From Spirochaetia bacterium (GTDB lineage: Bacteria; Spirochaetota; Spirochaetia; UBA9216): 64,000 nt of DNA. The position numbers and the translations under genes are program-made. This document shows positions 10,140 to 21,901 of the stretch, piece after piece; position 1 is the first letter of the stretch; every line of letters starts with the position of its first letter. A model generated the notes under the pieces. That model was not told the origin of the DNA. It ran no database searches and saw only the letters and a program-made list of their open reading frames with translations. The stretch spans positions 192,001 to 256,000 of the forward strand of contig OY776510.1 in the NCBI GenBank assembly GCA_963675665.1, written 5' to 3'.

Positions 10140-10333
10140 GCTTTCCTCCTCATGAATTGTGTTATTTTACATTCCGGGCGCACCACAAGCATAACACTGA
10201 ACGTACCCGTAAGCATATCCAGCAATTCTAATTATTAGCTTCGGAAGCGTTTGAATAATTATAGAATCTCTGAAAGATTATTAAAATTCTCTTTTCCTAG
10301 CATTTATTAGTACAAAATCACGCTTCCGGGCAG

Positions 10334-10489
10334 TCAGTATTACTCAATATGGCTGCAGCTGTGTGCCGCAGCTGGGGGCCCCTGTGCTGACGGAAAACAT
10401 AGCAGGCTTCTGCTCAAGTTTTTCGTCAGTGCAGGGGTCAGTAAGGGCTGTGTATTCATTTGATCGCAAGCCATATTGAGAATTGCTGA
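10334..10489 (+). repeat. Nested inverted-repeat element (structured RNA or MITE-like)
   Basis: CTCAATATGGCT(10343-10354)/AGCCATATTGAG(10469-10480) closes an inner 20-bp stem (10379-10398/10418-10437) and two small hairpins. Confidence 0.6.
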
Positions 10490-10602
10490 AGAATATCAAT
10501 ATGAATTGTAAAAATTTTGGTTTCCATTTATAATTTTAGTACGGAAACCTCTAATAACTGCAGTTTTTAGAATTTCCCATATATAAAAGAGGAAATTTTA
10601 TT

Positions 10603-11907
10603 GTGAAGGATATTTATATCCGGTGCATGGGTTGCCCTTCCCTTCAGATAAACGGAACCCCGATCAGCTTTCATAGAAGCAAAGCTTTCGTATTGATAGC
10701 CTATCTTCATATCACCAGCCGGGCATACAGCAGGGACGAGCTTGGCGCCTTTTTCTGGCCCGATCTGGACTCCAAAAAAGCAAAAGCCAACCTGAGGAAT
10801 ATATTATCCGAATGCAGGACAATTCTCGGCCCGGAAGTTCTGAAGACGGACAACCGGACGGTTTCTCCCGGATCATTTGAGATAAAAAGCGATTATTCGG
10901 ATTTCTTGCGTCTTGCAGAATCCAGGGATCTGGAGGATCTGCAAAGAGCTTCAGAAATCTACCGGGAAGGATTTCTCAAAGGTATTGAGATCAGCAAGGC
11001 TCCGCAGTTTGACGACTGGCAGTTTGAAATCCAGCAACAACTTGAAGTCAGATATATTAACCTGCTGGAAAAACTTGTATCCGAAGCTCATAAATGTAAA
11101 AATATTTCGTTGGAAATTTCCTGGTTAAGGAAACTTATCCATACCAACCCGCTTTATGAAGAATACCACAGGTTACTTATTCAACGCTTTTCCGAATCAG
11201 GAGACTATAATTCGGCTGTTCATCAGTATGAAATACTGAAAAAATACCTGAAAGAAGACGGCAGCGGGCCGCCTGAATCCGAAACAATGAAATTGATTCA
11301 AATAATCAGAAAGGGGAAAAAGCAGAAAAACAGAACACAGGCAGATTCTCCGGATATAGAGAAAAATCCTAAAAAAAGGAATTCAATACCCGGAAAAAGG
11401 ACATATATCGGAATTGCTTCTATCTGCATTCTTATAATCTCCATATTTCTCCTGTTAGTGATTCATCCATGGTTACCATCTCCACAGCAAAAAATTTCAA
11501 TCGCTGTTTTACCCTTTGATTTTCTTTGTGATGATGACAATGCTCAAAAATTCGCAGAAAACTTCACTATAGAAATGATTAACAGCCTGGCAAAAGAAAC
11601 TTATATATCGATAACTCCTGCACAATCAGTTGTTAAATACAAAGAATCGATACTAAGTGTTAAACAGATAGCCGATGAGCTGGATGTTGAGTATATCATC
11701 GACGGTTCAGCTATGAGCTTTGCAGAATGTGTAAGATTTTCTGTTCAATTGATTGATATATCCACCGACGAATGCATCTGGACCGGTTCATATAACTGTG
11801 ATATGGACAACAGTCTTAAAACCCAACTTGAGGTGATACTATATCTGAAAACAAATATTAAAGAATCTTTAAAAACTGCGGCTTTCAGAGATTTACCCCA
11901 GATTTAA
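10603..11907 (+). CDS. Membrane-anchored SARP/BTAD transcriptional regulator with C-terminal TolB-N-like extracytoplasmic domain
   Basis: N-terminal winged helix (LIAYLHIT...SRDEL...FWPD...ANLRNILS), BTAD (YREGFL...FDDW...NPLYEEYHRLLI), one TM (YIGIASICILIISIFLLLVI), then ISIAVLPF...LDVEYIIDGS...VRFSVQLID...IW. Confidence 0.8.
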   Translation: MKDIYIRCMGCPSLQINGTPISFHRSKAFVLIAYLHITSRAYSRDELGAFFWPDLDSKKAKANLRNILSECRTILGPEVLKTDNRTVSPGSFEIKSDYSDFLRLAESRDLEDLQRASEIYREGFLKGIEISKAPQFDDWQFEIQQQLEVRYINLLEKLVSEAHKCKNISLEISWLRKLIHTNPLYEEYHRLLIQRFSESGDYNSAVHQYEILKKYLKEDGSGPPESETMKLIQIIRKGKKQKNRTQADSPDIEKNPKKRNSIPGKRTYIGIASICILIISIFLLLVIHPWLPSPQQKISIAVLPFDFLCDDDNAQKFAENFTIEMINSLAKETYISITPAQSVVKYKESILSVKQIADELDVEYIIDGSAMSFAECVRFSVQLIDISTDECIWTGSYNCDMDNSLKTQLEVILYLKTNIKESLKTAAFRDLPQI

Positions 11908-11947
11908 TTGCATCTGCAAAACAAAAACCTGACGGGTTTATATTGTT

Positions 11948-13489
11948 TCAGCTGATCGATATCCTGTTTCTTCCGTTCTTTTTGGCTGTATAAAGTTCCC
12001 TGTCTGCATCATGAATTAAGCTGTCAATTGAAGAAGTCTCATCCTTTTTAATTCTGCTTATCCCAATACTGATAGTTATCTTTACTTCGGCTTCCGCCCA
12101 GTAAATTATCATTTTTTCCGTAAGACTGCGAATTCTTTCGGCAATCATTTCAGCGGTAATATGGTCAGTGCCGGGCATCAGAACAATGAACTCTTCTCCT
12201 CCGTACCGGCCGAATATATCTACCTCCCTGATATTGTCTTTTACCAATCCTGCAAAAACCTTTAAAACATGATCTCCGCATTGGTGACCATATGTATCAT
12301 TTACTGTTTTAAAATGATCAATATCCATTATTATTATCGAAAGATCACTATTATTGCGGCAGGCGCGTTTTACTTCCATCTCAGACAGAATTATAAGTTG
12401 TCTTCGGTTAAATATTTCGGTCAAAGAATCAATAGAAGCCAGATTTTCAAGTTCAGACTGATATCTTTTCTGCTCCGTTATATCATGAAAGGTAAGAATA
12501 CTACCGGTCATTTTTTTTCTGTTTCCGTAAAGATGCTGCAGAGACAGTTTAAAATGATAGATCGCAGAATCATTGGAATATTCAAAATCGTCTTCCGGCG
12601 GACATTGCGTTTGAAAAACATCAATGAGAACCGGATAACTTTTAAACACTTCATTAATTTCTTTTCCGATTCCGTACCGGATTATATTATCAAATAATTC
12701 GAGACATCTCCTGTTATAATCTACAAGTCTGAGCCCTGGATCAACAACAATTACCGCATCCTGCATTTCTTCAAATACTATTGATCTTGCTACCGGAATA
12801 ATATCAAAAAGAGAAAATCTGTAAATCCCGACCGCATAAAATATTGAGCTGACGGTAAAAAGGAACGGATTGATGTCAAGACCGTCCGGGCTCAACCCTG
12901 CGATATAGACCAGTAAAGCTATCCATTGAATTAATACTGCACCAATCATCAGCAATGCCTGGTTACGGTATACTTCAGAGGATCTGCGCAGGTAGAGGAT
13001 CAGGAAAACAGTCGATAAAAAAAGCACAAGCACAAGATATGTTATATGCAGAATATAAAACGGACCGGGTGAAAAACTCAATAAAGGTCCCATTGATGAA
13101 TTTATAACTGAAGGATCCATGTAAAAAAGAAAATGGTACTGATTTGTCCAGCGCATTATAAAAGTAATTACCGGAATAACAAACAGAAGTGCCAATCCTG
13201 GAAAAGACAGAATCCTGTCCCTTCCGGTATAACAGAGTATGAAGGTTGCAAAAAGACCTGCCTGAAAAGGTATTCCCAAATACTGAATTTTTGACCAGAA
13301 CAGCATTTCCTCTATACCGGAACTCATTAATTCAAAACTGTATCCGAATGCGTAGAAAGCACATGTCAGTGCAAATAATCCGAAACTGATATTCAGAAGA
13401 GTCTTTCTTCTTGTAAGAGTATAGACAAATAATGCCAGGGTACATGCGCAGGATATAAAAAGAAAATAATTTATTGCACCGGTTTTCAT
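11948..13489 (-). CDS. Diguanylate cyclase with N-terminal 7TM (HisKA_7TM-like) sensor and PAS domain
   Basis: Seven TM helices, MQDAVIVVD PAS, DSLTEIFNRR, DIDHFK..NDTYGH, I-site REVD, GGEEF. Confidence 0.92.
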   Translation of the reverse strand: MKTGAINYFLFISCACTLALFVYTLTRRKTLLNISFGLFALTCAFYAFGYSFELMSSGIEEMLFWSKIQYLGIPFQAGLFATFILCYTGRDRILSFPGLALLFVIPVITFIMRWTNQYHFLFYMDPSVINSSMGPLLSFSPGPFYILHITYLVLVLFLSTVFLILYLRRSSEVYRNQALLMIGAVLIQWIALLVYIAGLSPDGLDINPFLFTVSSIFYAVGIYRFSLFDIIPVARSIVFEEMQDAVIVVDPGLRLVDYNRRCLELFDNIIRYGIGKEINEVFKSYPVLIDVFQTQCPPEDDFEYSNDSAIYHFKLSLQHLYGNRKKMTGSILTFHDITEQKRYQSELENLASIDSLTEIFNRRQLIILSEMEVKRACRNNSDLSIIIMDIDHFKTVNDTYGHQCGDHVLKVFAGLVKDNIREVDIFGRYGGEEFIVLMPGTDHITAEMIAERIRSLTEKMIIYWAEAEVKITISIGISRIKKDETSSIDSLIHDADRELYTAKKNGRNRISIS

Positions 13490-13600
13490 GTGTTGTCATA
13501 CTATGTCATGAAATAATTTAAGTCAATTCTGGTTTTAACCATCAAAAATAATACTATATAGAAAATTGACTTTTAGATCGAATAAACTATAATTAAGTTT

Positions 13601-15235
13601 GTGGTCAATTATATCGGCAAAGAAATACTGCTTGTTGAAGACGAAGCCATTATCGCAATGACTGAGAAAGCAGAGCTGGAATCCTACGGCTATACTGTCG
13701 AACATGCGCTTTGCGGTGAGGATGCGATTGATGCCATCAGACAACACACACCTCTGTTTGATTTAATCCTTATGGATATAGACCTCGGCAACGGCATTGA
13801 CGGAACTGAAGCAGCCCGGCAAATTCTTGAAATTGTTGAGGTGCCGATAGTTTTTTTATCAAGCCACACCGAACCGGATATTGTAAATAAAACGGAAACA
13901 ATAACATCGTACGGCTATGTTGTAAAAAACTCCGGTATTACAGTTCTGGATGCCTCAATTAAAATGGCCTTTAAACTGTTCAATGCCAATCAGTTAAACA
14001 AAAGAACTGAAGAAGCTTTGCAAAAGCAGATTTTAGCGTTGACACAGCCTTTTAATAAATCTGACGAAATTACGTTTGAAGAATTATTTAATCTTGAAGA
14101 TATCCAGAAACTTCAGGATGAATTTGCCTCTGCAGCAGGCATTGCGTCCATAATTACTCATAACGACGGAACACCAATTACGTCTCCCAGCAATTTCTGC
14201 AGGCTGTGCAATGATGTTATACGTAAAACAGAGAAAGGAAAGCTGAACTGCTTCAAATCGGACGCGTACCTGGGAAGATATAATCCCGAAGGACCCGTCA
14301 TCCAGCTATGTCTAAGCGGCGGGCTCTGGGACGCCGGCGCGTCGATTTCTGTCGGGGGAAACCATATTGCCAGCTGGCTGATCGGGCAGGTCCGCGACTC
14401 ATCGCAGAGTGAAGAAAAAATTCGCTCCTATGCAAGAATAATCGGCGCGGATGAAGACCTTGCGGCTGAGGCTTTCAGGGAAGTACCCGCAATGTCAAAT
14501 GAAAGGTTTACGCAGATCTCACAGGCCCTTTTTACACTGGCAAACCTGCTTTCCAATATCGCTTACCAGAACATCCAGCAGGCACGCTTTATTACTGACA
14601 GAAAGGCTGCCGAGAATGAAATAAAAAAACAATTGAAGGAAAAGGAGCTGCTTCTAAAAGAGGTCCACCATCGCATAAAAAACAATATTGCTTCGATAAG
14701 CAGTTTGCTGAATATCAAATTAAATGAAATCGATGACTTAAAATCAAAAGAAATCTTTCAAAATACAATATTACAGGTTGAAGGAATGGAGGTCCTTTAC
14801 AGCAAACTTCTTCGGGCTGATAAAAATACGGATATTCCAACGGATGAATTCGTTTGTGATCTGCTGAATTCAATCGAATCAATTTTTACCGACCGCATAG
14901 CAGTATCAATACAACACGACATTGAACCTTTCAGCCTTGATTCTTCAAGAATGTTTCCGCTTGGAATGATTATAAATGAGCTTGTTACAAATTCCATACA
15001 GCATGGATATGATGATAAATCATCCATGAATATCAATCTTTCACTGAAAAAAACCAATAAAAATATTTTTCTTTCCGTTCAGGACAGCGGCAAGGGTCTG
15101 CCGGACGGATTTAATATTGAAGAATCAACTGGCTTCGGCCTGATGCTGGTAAAGATGCTCGCCGATCAATTAGAAGGTTCGTTCAGTATTAAGAACAAAA
15201 ACGGAACAGTTTCCACGGTTGTATTTGAAATTTAA
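13601..15235 (+). CDS. Hybrid histidine kinase: receiver + PocR sensor + HisKA_2/HATPase
   Basis: ILLVEDE/LMDIDL receiver; PocR Cys motifs (SNFCRLC...NCFKSD...CLSGGLWDAGASI..IGQV); EVHHRIKNN; NELVTN, DSGKG, GFGL. Confidence 0.88.
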   Translation: MVNYIGKEILLVEDEAIIAMTEKAELESYGYTVEHALCGEDAIDAIRQHTPLFDLILMDIDLGNGIDGTEAARQILEIVEVPIVFLSSHTEPDIVNKTETITSYGYVVKNSGITVLDASIKMAFKLFNANQLNKRTEEALQKQILALTQPFNKSDEITFEELFNLEDIQKLQDEFASAAGIASIITHNDGTPITSPSNFCRLCNDVIRKTEKGKLNCFKSDAYLGRYNPEGPVIQLCLSGGLWDAGASISVGGNHIASWLIGQVRDSSQSEEKIRSYARIIGADEDLAAEAFREVPAMSNERFTQISQALFTLANLLSNIAYQNIQQARFITDRKAAENEIKKQLKEKELLLKEVHHRIKNNIASISSLLNIKLNEIDDLKSKEIFQNTILQVEGMEVLYSKLLRADKNTDIPTDEFVCDLLNSIESIFTDRIAVSIQHDIEPFSLDSSRMFPLGMIINELVTNSIQHGYDDKSSMNINLSLKKTNKNIFLSVQDSGKGLPDGFNIEESTGFGLMLVKMLADQLEGSFSIKNKNGTVSTVVFEI

Positions 15236-15316
15236 CTTGAAATACGAAGCTTCCCCGGATAATTGCCCGGCCGGTTTTTATTTGACACCCGCAACCCGCG
15301 GGATTATCATGAAATC

Positions 15317-15454
15317 ATGAAAAAAAGAATTTTTCCTTTAATCCTGTTCCCGACAGTCGCATTGCCCGCATTAGCAAACCGGAACCCCGCGCTGAGCGTG
15401 CTTGATTTCAGGGGCAGCGGAATGTCAGAGTCGGAGGTTTATATCAGTTTATAA
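15317..15454 (+). pseudogene. Truncated N-terminal fragment of a secreted CsgG/TolB-N-like protein
   Basis: MKKRIFPLILFPTVALPALA signal peptide then PALSVLDFRGSGMSESE; stops after 45 aa, overlapping the convergent gene; intact TTGACA-17-TATCAT promoter upstream. Confidence 0.45.
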
Positions 15455-15743
15455 CCGTAATCTTCTTAATCCCGTCCGGAACAGCATAGATGCCGAGCAT
15501 TTTTTTCATATCGTCAACTGTTTTCATTCCGGCGCCGCTCAGTTTATTGTAGGCTTCAAGAACAGATTTCATTTCGGATTCATTGTTATCAAAAATTGCG
15601 GAGCAGAAAGCCGCCCTGAACAAACCTTTTTCCGTAAGTTGCGCGGTATTGAGATTTTTATTTTCCTTGCGGGCTTTACCGTCGACAATGGCCGCTTCGC
15701 CCTGAAAACCGATTGAAAAAACAAATTCCTCTCTCGTCATCAC
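15444..15743 (-). CDS. Small hypothetical protein
   Basis: 99 aa ORF with SD-like GGGAG upstream; normal protein composition. Confidence 0.6.
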   Translation of the reverse strand: MMTREEFVFSIGFQGEAAIVDGKARKENKNLNTAQLTEKGLFRAAFCSAIFDNNESEMKSVLEAYNKLSGAGMKTVDDMKKMLGIYAVPDGIKKITVIN

Positions 15744-15955
15744 CTGCTCCCTCTTTAAAAGATTCCTGCCGTGGACGCCAGGCAGGTAAAAATCATGGAC
15801 TTTTGGAAAAAGAAAACTGCAGCGCAGTTTTTAAATTTTCAAACTCCTTATTTTTTAAAATACAAGGATGTGTTTCAAAAAATAAACCCCACCCAAAACC
15901 GGGCAGGGCGTTAATTTCAATTCCCTAACGGGGTTATTTTAAGGGCGTTTTCCGA

Positions 15956-16051
15956 CGAAAACATCCAGAACTAACCACCATAGGTTATTTTTTTGGATGT
16001 TTCGATGCTTTGCATCGAAACTCCAGAAAGTAAACGGCTGAGCCGTTTACT

Positions 16052-16053
<2 letters not shown>
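15956..16053. repeat. Cluster of tight palindromes/hairpins downstream of groEL (terminator or REP-like)
   Basis: AAACATCCA/TGGATGTTT; GTTTCGATGC-ttt-GCATCGAAAC (15999-16021); AAAGTAAACGGCT-g-AGCCGTTTACTTT (16027-16053). Confidence 0.55.
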
Positions 16054-17695
<1,642 letters not shown>

Positions 17696-17935
17696 TTATT
17701 AATACCTCTCTTGTTTAGTATAAGCGCAGGGCGCGGTTGTAAACCACCGCGTTAAAATTAAGACCCCACTAACCCCCTCATTATTTACGGAGGTTCATGT
17801 TTATTGTTGATTTTCTGGTACTAAGATACAAATTTTATTTCCAATCATCAACAGAAAAATAAAAAATCTTTCCATAGTCTTTCAATTCTCTACAGCGCTT
17901 GACTTTATACCCTTTTCAGTGCAAAAAGTATAGCT

Positions 17936-18832
17936 GTGATTGATAAAATGCCTGTGAAAATCATGCAATTACTGAAATTTCCCGCAGTAAACCGAAGCAA
18001 TTGGGCAGGTTCGGTATATTCAGCGGAAGAAAAACCTGATATTGCTGACTTTCCCGCCGGACGAAAACCCTCAAACGGCGCAGTTCAGGTAAAAGAAAGA
18101 AACCTGACATCAAATATGACCGGACAGATCACCTTGACCGGGGCGTCCCTTGATCTTCATTTCAATAAGGGATCTCTCAGAAGAATAAACAGCAACGGAA
18201 CAATTCTGTTTGACAAACTGAACAGCCGGACCCGCTTTGCGACATCTTCCGGCAATATAAAATTCAGAAATGAAAGCGCTTTTGCTTTTGAAGACAACAG
18301 GGAATACGGTCTCAGGACGCTTCAGATTCCTGAAAATAAAAAAATCCGTGAGTACAGGCTTATTACGGATTTTATTCAGAACCGTGAATCAAATGAATTA
18401 TTTTTAACCTTCGCCGTAAATTATCCCGAATTTGAGAAAAATACGATAATATTCGAATCAGCGGTCTGTGAATTAAAGATTCCGTTCAAATCCGAGTCGG
18501 GCGTGGAAATAATATCTGACAGCCAATCCTCCGGAAACCTTTTAATAAAGGACGATCCGGATGATAATATTTTCATTCCCGGAAGGTCATTCACAATAAA
18601 AACATCATGCGGGAATCTTTCAATCGTCTATACTGATCCGTCTGAACTGCCGGAATTATATGATTCTGAAAACTTCTCAACTATCTCAGGCTTGTCTGTA
18701 AAGAACAGAACACAAAAAGGGAAACATGTACTTTATATAAATCCGGGCGGCAGTTATACCCCCGCTCCGGCGGAGTATTACAGCGGAATAAGCGAAAAAT
18801 TCAGTTTTAAACTTGATGTAACGTCCGGTTAA
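17936..18832 (+). CDS. Hypothetical protein
   Basis: 298 aa ORF filling the gap between groEL and birA; no motif recognised; start uncertain. Confidence 0.6.
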   Translation: MIDKMPVKIMQLLKFPAVNRSNWAGSVYSAEEKPDIADFPAGRKPSNGAVQVKERNLTSNMTGQITLTGASLDLHFNKGSLRRINSNGTILFDKLNSRTRFATSSGNIKFRNESAFAFEDNREYGLRTLQIPENKKIREYRLITDFIQNRESNELFLTFAVNYPEFEKNTIIFESAVCELKIPFKSESGVEIISDSQSSGNLLIKDDPDDNIFIPGRSFTIKTSCGNLSIVYTDPSELPELYDSENFSTISGLSVKNRTQKGKHVLYINPGGSYTPAPAEYYSGISEKFSFKLDVTSG

Positions 18833-18840
18833 AACGGCTT

Positions 18841-19647
18841 CTAAACAAGAAATTCTCCGTTATTAACGGAAACCCGGCCCTCAGATGTCTCGATAAGCAA
18901 CGCCCCGCTCTGATCTATTCCCGCCAGCCGTCCTTCAATAATATCATTCCGAAGCTCCAGCTCTTCAGGCAAACCCCTTTTCATCCTGACTGTTTCATTA
19001 CGGCAGTACAGGCGTCGCTCTATTTCGTTTCGCCATCCGCTGCTCTTCAGGGCGGCTTCAAGATGCTTCAGTACCGAAAGGAGCACTACCGGGCCGCTTA
19101 TTATGCCGCCTCCAATCATCCGCAATGAAGCCGCAGGACGGCGCAGGTCGTCGGCAAAACCGGTCTGGTTCAGATTTACTCCAATTCCGGCATAAACATG
19201 ACTTCCCGAAGCTTCACACAGAATCCCGCAGATCTTTCGGCTGTTCAATAAAACATCATTAGGCCATTTGATACGTATATCATCAGCATTTCCGCCGGAA
19301 TTCAAAGCGTACCGCTCGATAGTTTCAGCCGCGGCAAGGCCGCATAACAGGGGCAGCAGAGTAAAAGGTTTGCCGCTCATCCGCACAGACAAGTCATCTT
19401 TTGTGAATATGATCGTAAAAAGCAGTCCGTCGCCCGGGTTCTCAATCCAGCGCCGGCCGGTGATTCTTCCCCTGCCGGCAGTCTGATGATCGGCCCATAC
19501 AACCGTTCCGGACGCCGTGCCGGGTTTTGGGTCCTTTCCGGCGGACTCTATCAGCCGCCTGGCCTCAGCCATGGTCGAATCAATACTCTGATAATGGTAA
19601 ACTCCGGCACCCTCGCCGAAAGGGTTCCGTATTTTATAATTCAGCAT
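18841..19647 (-). CDS. birA: Biotin--[acetyl-CoA-carboxylase] ligase (class I, no HTH)
   Basis: IDSTM, QTAGRGR..RRW, IKWPNDV, KICGIL, GIGVN, GIDQSGAL. Confidence 0.95.
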   Translation of the reverse strand: MLNYKIRNPFGEGAGVYHYQSIDSTMAEARRLIESAGKDPKPGTASGTVVWADHQTAGRGRITGRRWIENPGDGLLFTIIFTKDDLSVRMSGKPFTLLPLLCGLAAAETIERYALNSGGNADDIRIKWPNDVLLNSRKICGILCEASGSHVYAGIGVNLNQTGFADDLRRPAASLRMIGGGIISGPVVLLSVLKHLEAALKSSGWRNEIERRLYCRNETVRMKRGLPEELELRNDIIEGRLAGIDQSGALLIETSEGRVSVNNGEFLV

Positions 19648-20758
19648 CAGCCGGCCTGCTTATGATACCCCCGCCGATAACGATATCGCCGTCGTAGAAA
19701 ACCGCCGACTGGCCCGGGGTGGCTGTTGCCGCCCGATCCATTTCAACAGACAATAACCCTTGATCAGCCCCGGCGGTAACGCGACAATCATATTCCGTTG
19801 AGTTGTACCGAACCTGGACTCTGCATTCCAGTGTTCCGGCCGGTCCGGTAAAAGGTTTATCGATAAACCAGTTGGGATCTTTGACAAAAAAGCTCTTAAC
19901 TCCAAGCTGCTGTCTTCGGCCAACGTGCACAATATTTTTTTTGGCATCTACCTGCGTTACGTACCACGGTCCGTTTCCAAGACCAAGCCCTTTTCGCTGC
20001 CCTATCGTATAATGTAGAAAACCGCGGGACGGCCCGAGAAAATTACCTTCCATATCAAAGATTTTTCCCGGTTTGTCATAACGATTCAGGGCTTCGGGAG
20101 TCAGGTGTCGTTTAAGAAAAGAGATATAATCATCATCAATAAAACAGATATCCTGGCTTTCTTTTATCGCAGTTCCGAAAAATCCGTGTTCGTCCGCAAT
20201 ATTTTTTATATGTTCTTTTGTGTATGATCCCAGAGGGAAAATACAGTTATTAAGGACCCCGGAAGGGATCCTGTAAAGCATATATGACTGGTCTTTCGAC
20301 GAGTCCACGGCTTTTTTAAGAAAAACCCTGCCGTCGCGCTCTTCCGTCTGCACATAATGACCGGTGCAGAATCTGAATTCCACCGGACAGAAACCCGGCA
20401 TTGCCGAGGCTGCGTTGAAACACCGGTTATAGAACTCATTGAACCTTATACGTTCATTGCACCGTATACAGGGATTGGGGGTCTCTCCGTGCGTATAGTT
20501 TTCAGCGAAATCGTTCATCACCGAGGCCCTGAAAGAACTGCCTAGATCAATAACATGATAAGGGATGTCCAGCGTTCTACAGACGGTCTCCGCCCGCTCC
20601 TGCAGCCCCGGGCTTGAAAGTCTCAACTCATCCCACCAATGAGTAACGCCTATAAGCCGGTTATCAGGATATAATCCGGCGAAATGGGGATCGTTCTTAA
20701 GAAGCCAGGCGGCGGCGCTTGAATCGACGCCTCCGCTCATCGCGATAGCAGTAATCAT
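19634..20758 (-). CDS. mnmA: tRNA 2-thiouridine(34) synthase
   Basis: AMSGGVDSS, TPNPCIRCN, TGHY, KDQSY, ESQDICF, YTIGQRKGL, PGQSAVFY. Confidence 0.96.
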   Translation of the reverse strand: MITAIAMSGGVDSSAAAWLLKNDPHFAGLYPDNRLIGVTHWWDELRLSSPGLQERAETVCRTLDIPYHVIDLGSSFRASVMNDFAENYTHGETPNPCIRCNERIRFNEFYNRCFNAASAMPGFCPVEFRFCTGHYVQTEERDGRVFLKKAVDSSKDQSYMLYRIPSGVLNNCIFPLGSYTKEHIKNIADEHGFFGTAIKESQDICFIDDDYISFLKRHLTPEALNRYDKPGKIFDMEGNFLGPSRGFLHYTIGQRKGLGLGNGPWYVTQVDAKKNIVHVGRRQQLGVKSFFVKDPNWFIDKPFTGPAGTLECRVQVRYNSTEYDCRVTAGADQGLLSVEMDRAATATPGQSAVFYDGDIVIGGGIISRPADAEL

Positions 20759-20804
20759 GATTGAATTATATTAAATACCATAAGGAAAATAAAGACGAAG
20801 CATC

Positions 20805-20840
20805 AACAAAGAACAGCCCCGTTAGTGCTGAACGGGGCTG
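20805..20840 (-). terminator. Terminator ending the catabolic island transcript
   Basis: CAGCCCCGTT(20814-20823)/AACGGGGCTG(20831-20840) followed by TTCTTTGTT on the minus strand. Confidence 0.65.
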
Positions 20841-20930
20841 CTCATAGAGATTTATATAAAACAAAACATCTTCATCTGCTGTTGGAAGGAATCAAGAGGC
20901 TTTGTTTCATTTTCTTTTACGCATTAATGC

Positions 20931-21893
20931 TTAGACTTTTTCCCTTTTTCGTTTAATTGAGTACAATTCCATACCAATAATTATTACTATTAATGCACCC
21001 ATAATTGTCTGTTGCGTATATGAACCAAGCGCTAACAGATTCATTGAGTTTTCTATAACATTGAATAAAATTATTCCAACAACAGACGGCAGAATACCTC
21101 CGACTCCGCCGGCAAATGATGTGCCGCCTATTACAACACTGGCATTCACAATATATGCAGTTGTGTCTCCATATATGGCGGAAGCTGAAAAGAATCGTGC
21201 CGAAAGCATGATTCCGCCCAATGCTGCCGTCATACCGCTGATAACAAATGCTATCCATTTCTGTCTCACAGCATTTATTCCCGAATATACAGCAACATCA
21301 TAATCACCGCCGATAGCATATAAATTACGTCCATAGGAAGTCCGGGTCATTAACAAATGGAAGAGAACTACAAGTATAATCGTAATAATTACTACATAAG
21401 GTATTCCAAAAACCTCTGCCTGTCCAAATTCCATTAAAGCCATATCCCGGCCTCCTATGGCTCTTCCGTTTGTTAATTGGAGATTAACTCCCTTTAGTAA
21501 CAAACCCATACCCAAAGTTATAATGAACGGCTCGGTTTTTTGGTGGACCGACAAAAACCCGTTTATAAACCCGATAGCGCCTCCGACTGCAACAGCAATA
21601 ATTCCCGCTGCCCATGTAGGCATAGAAGGATACAGCCCGATTGTGATAACACCTGCAAGACACATCACCCCGCCGATAGAAAGGTCACAGGCTGCCGCGA
21701 TAACAGTCAAGGTTACACCAAGCGCCAATATTGTATACGCTACAGACTGGTTCAATAAACCAAGTATATTTTCTGCTGTAAAGAAATTCGGTGTGGCAAT
21801 TGACATACCGACACTCAATACAACCAATGCCATAAAAGCTTTATTTCTGACAAGTTTATTTATTTCTCTTGATAATATTCCGCTGTAATTCAT
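20931..21893 (-). CDS. CUT2 (ribose/inositol-type) ABC transporter permease
   Basis: DLSIGG, PFIITLG, GRNLYAIGG, VIGGTSFAGG; multi-TM. Confidence 0.92.
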   Translation of the reverse strand: MNYSGILSREINKLVRNKAFMALVVLSVGMSIATPNFFTAENILGLLNQSVAYTILALGVTLTVIAAACDLSIGGVMCLAGVITIGLYPSMPTWAAGIIAVAVGGAIGFINGFLSVHQKTEPFIITLGMGLLLKGVNLQLTNGRAIGGRDMALMEFGQAEVFGIPYVVIITIILVVLFHLLMTRTSYGRNLYAIGGDYDVAVYSGINAVRQKWIAFVISGMTAALGGIMLSARFFSASAIYGDTTAYIVNASVVIGGTSFAGGVGGILPSVVGIILFNVIENSMNLLALGSYTQQTIMGALIVIIIGMELYSIKRKREKV

Positions 21894-21901
21894 ATCTACT
21901 C

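Noticed and set aside
17696-17935. CIRCE element or groES upstream of groEL
   Set aside because: No TTAGCACTC-N9-GAGTGCTAA and no groES ORF; a solitary groEL is ordinary for spirochaetes
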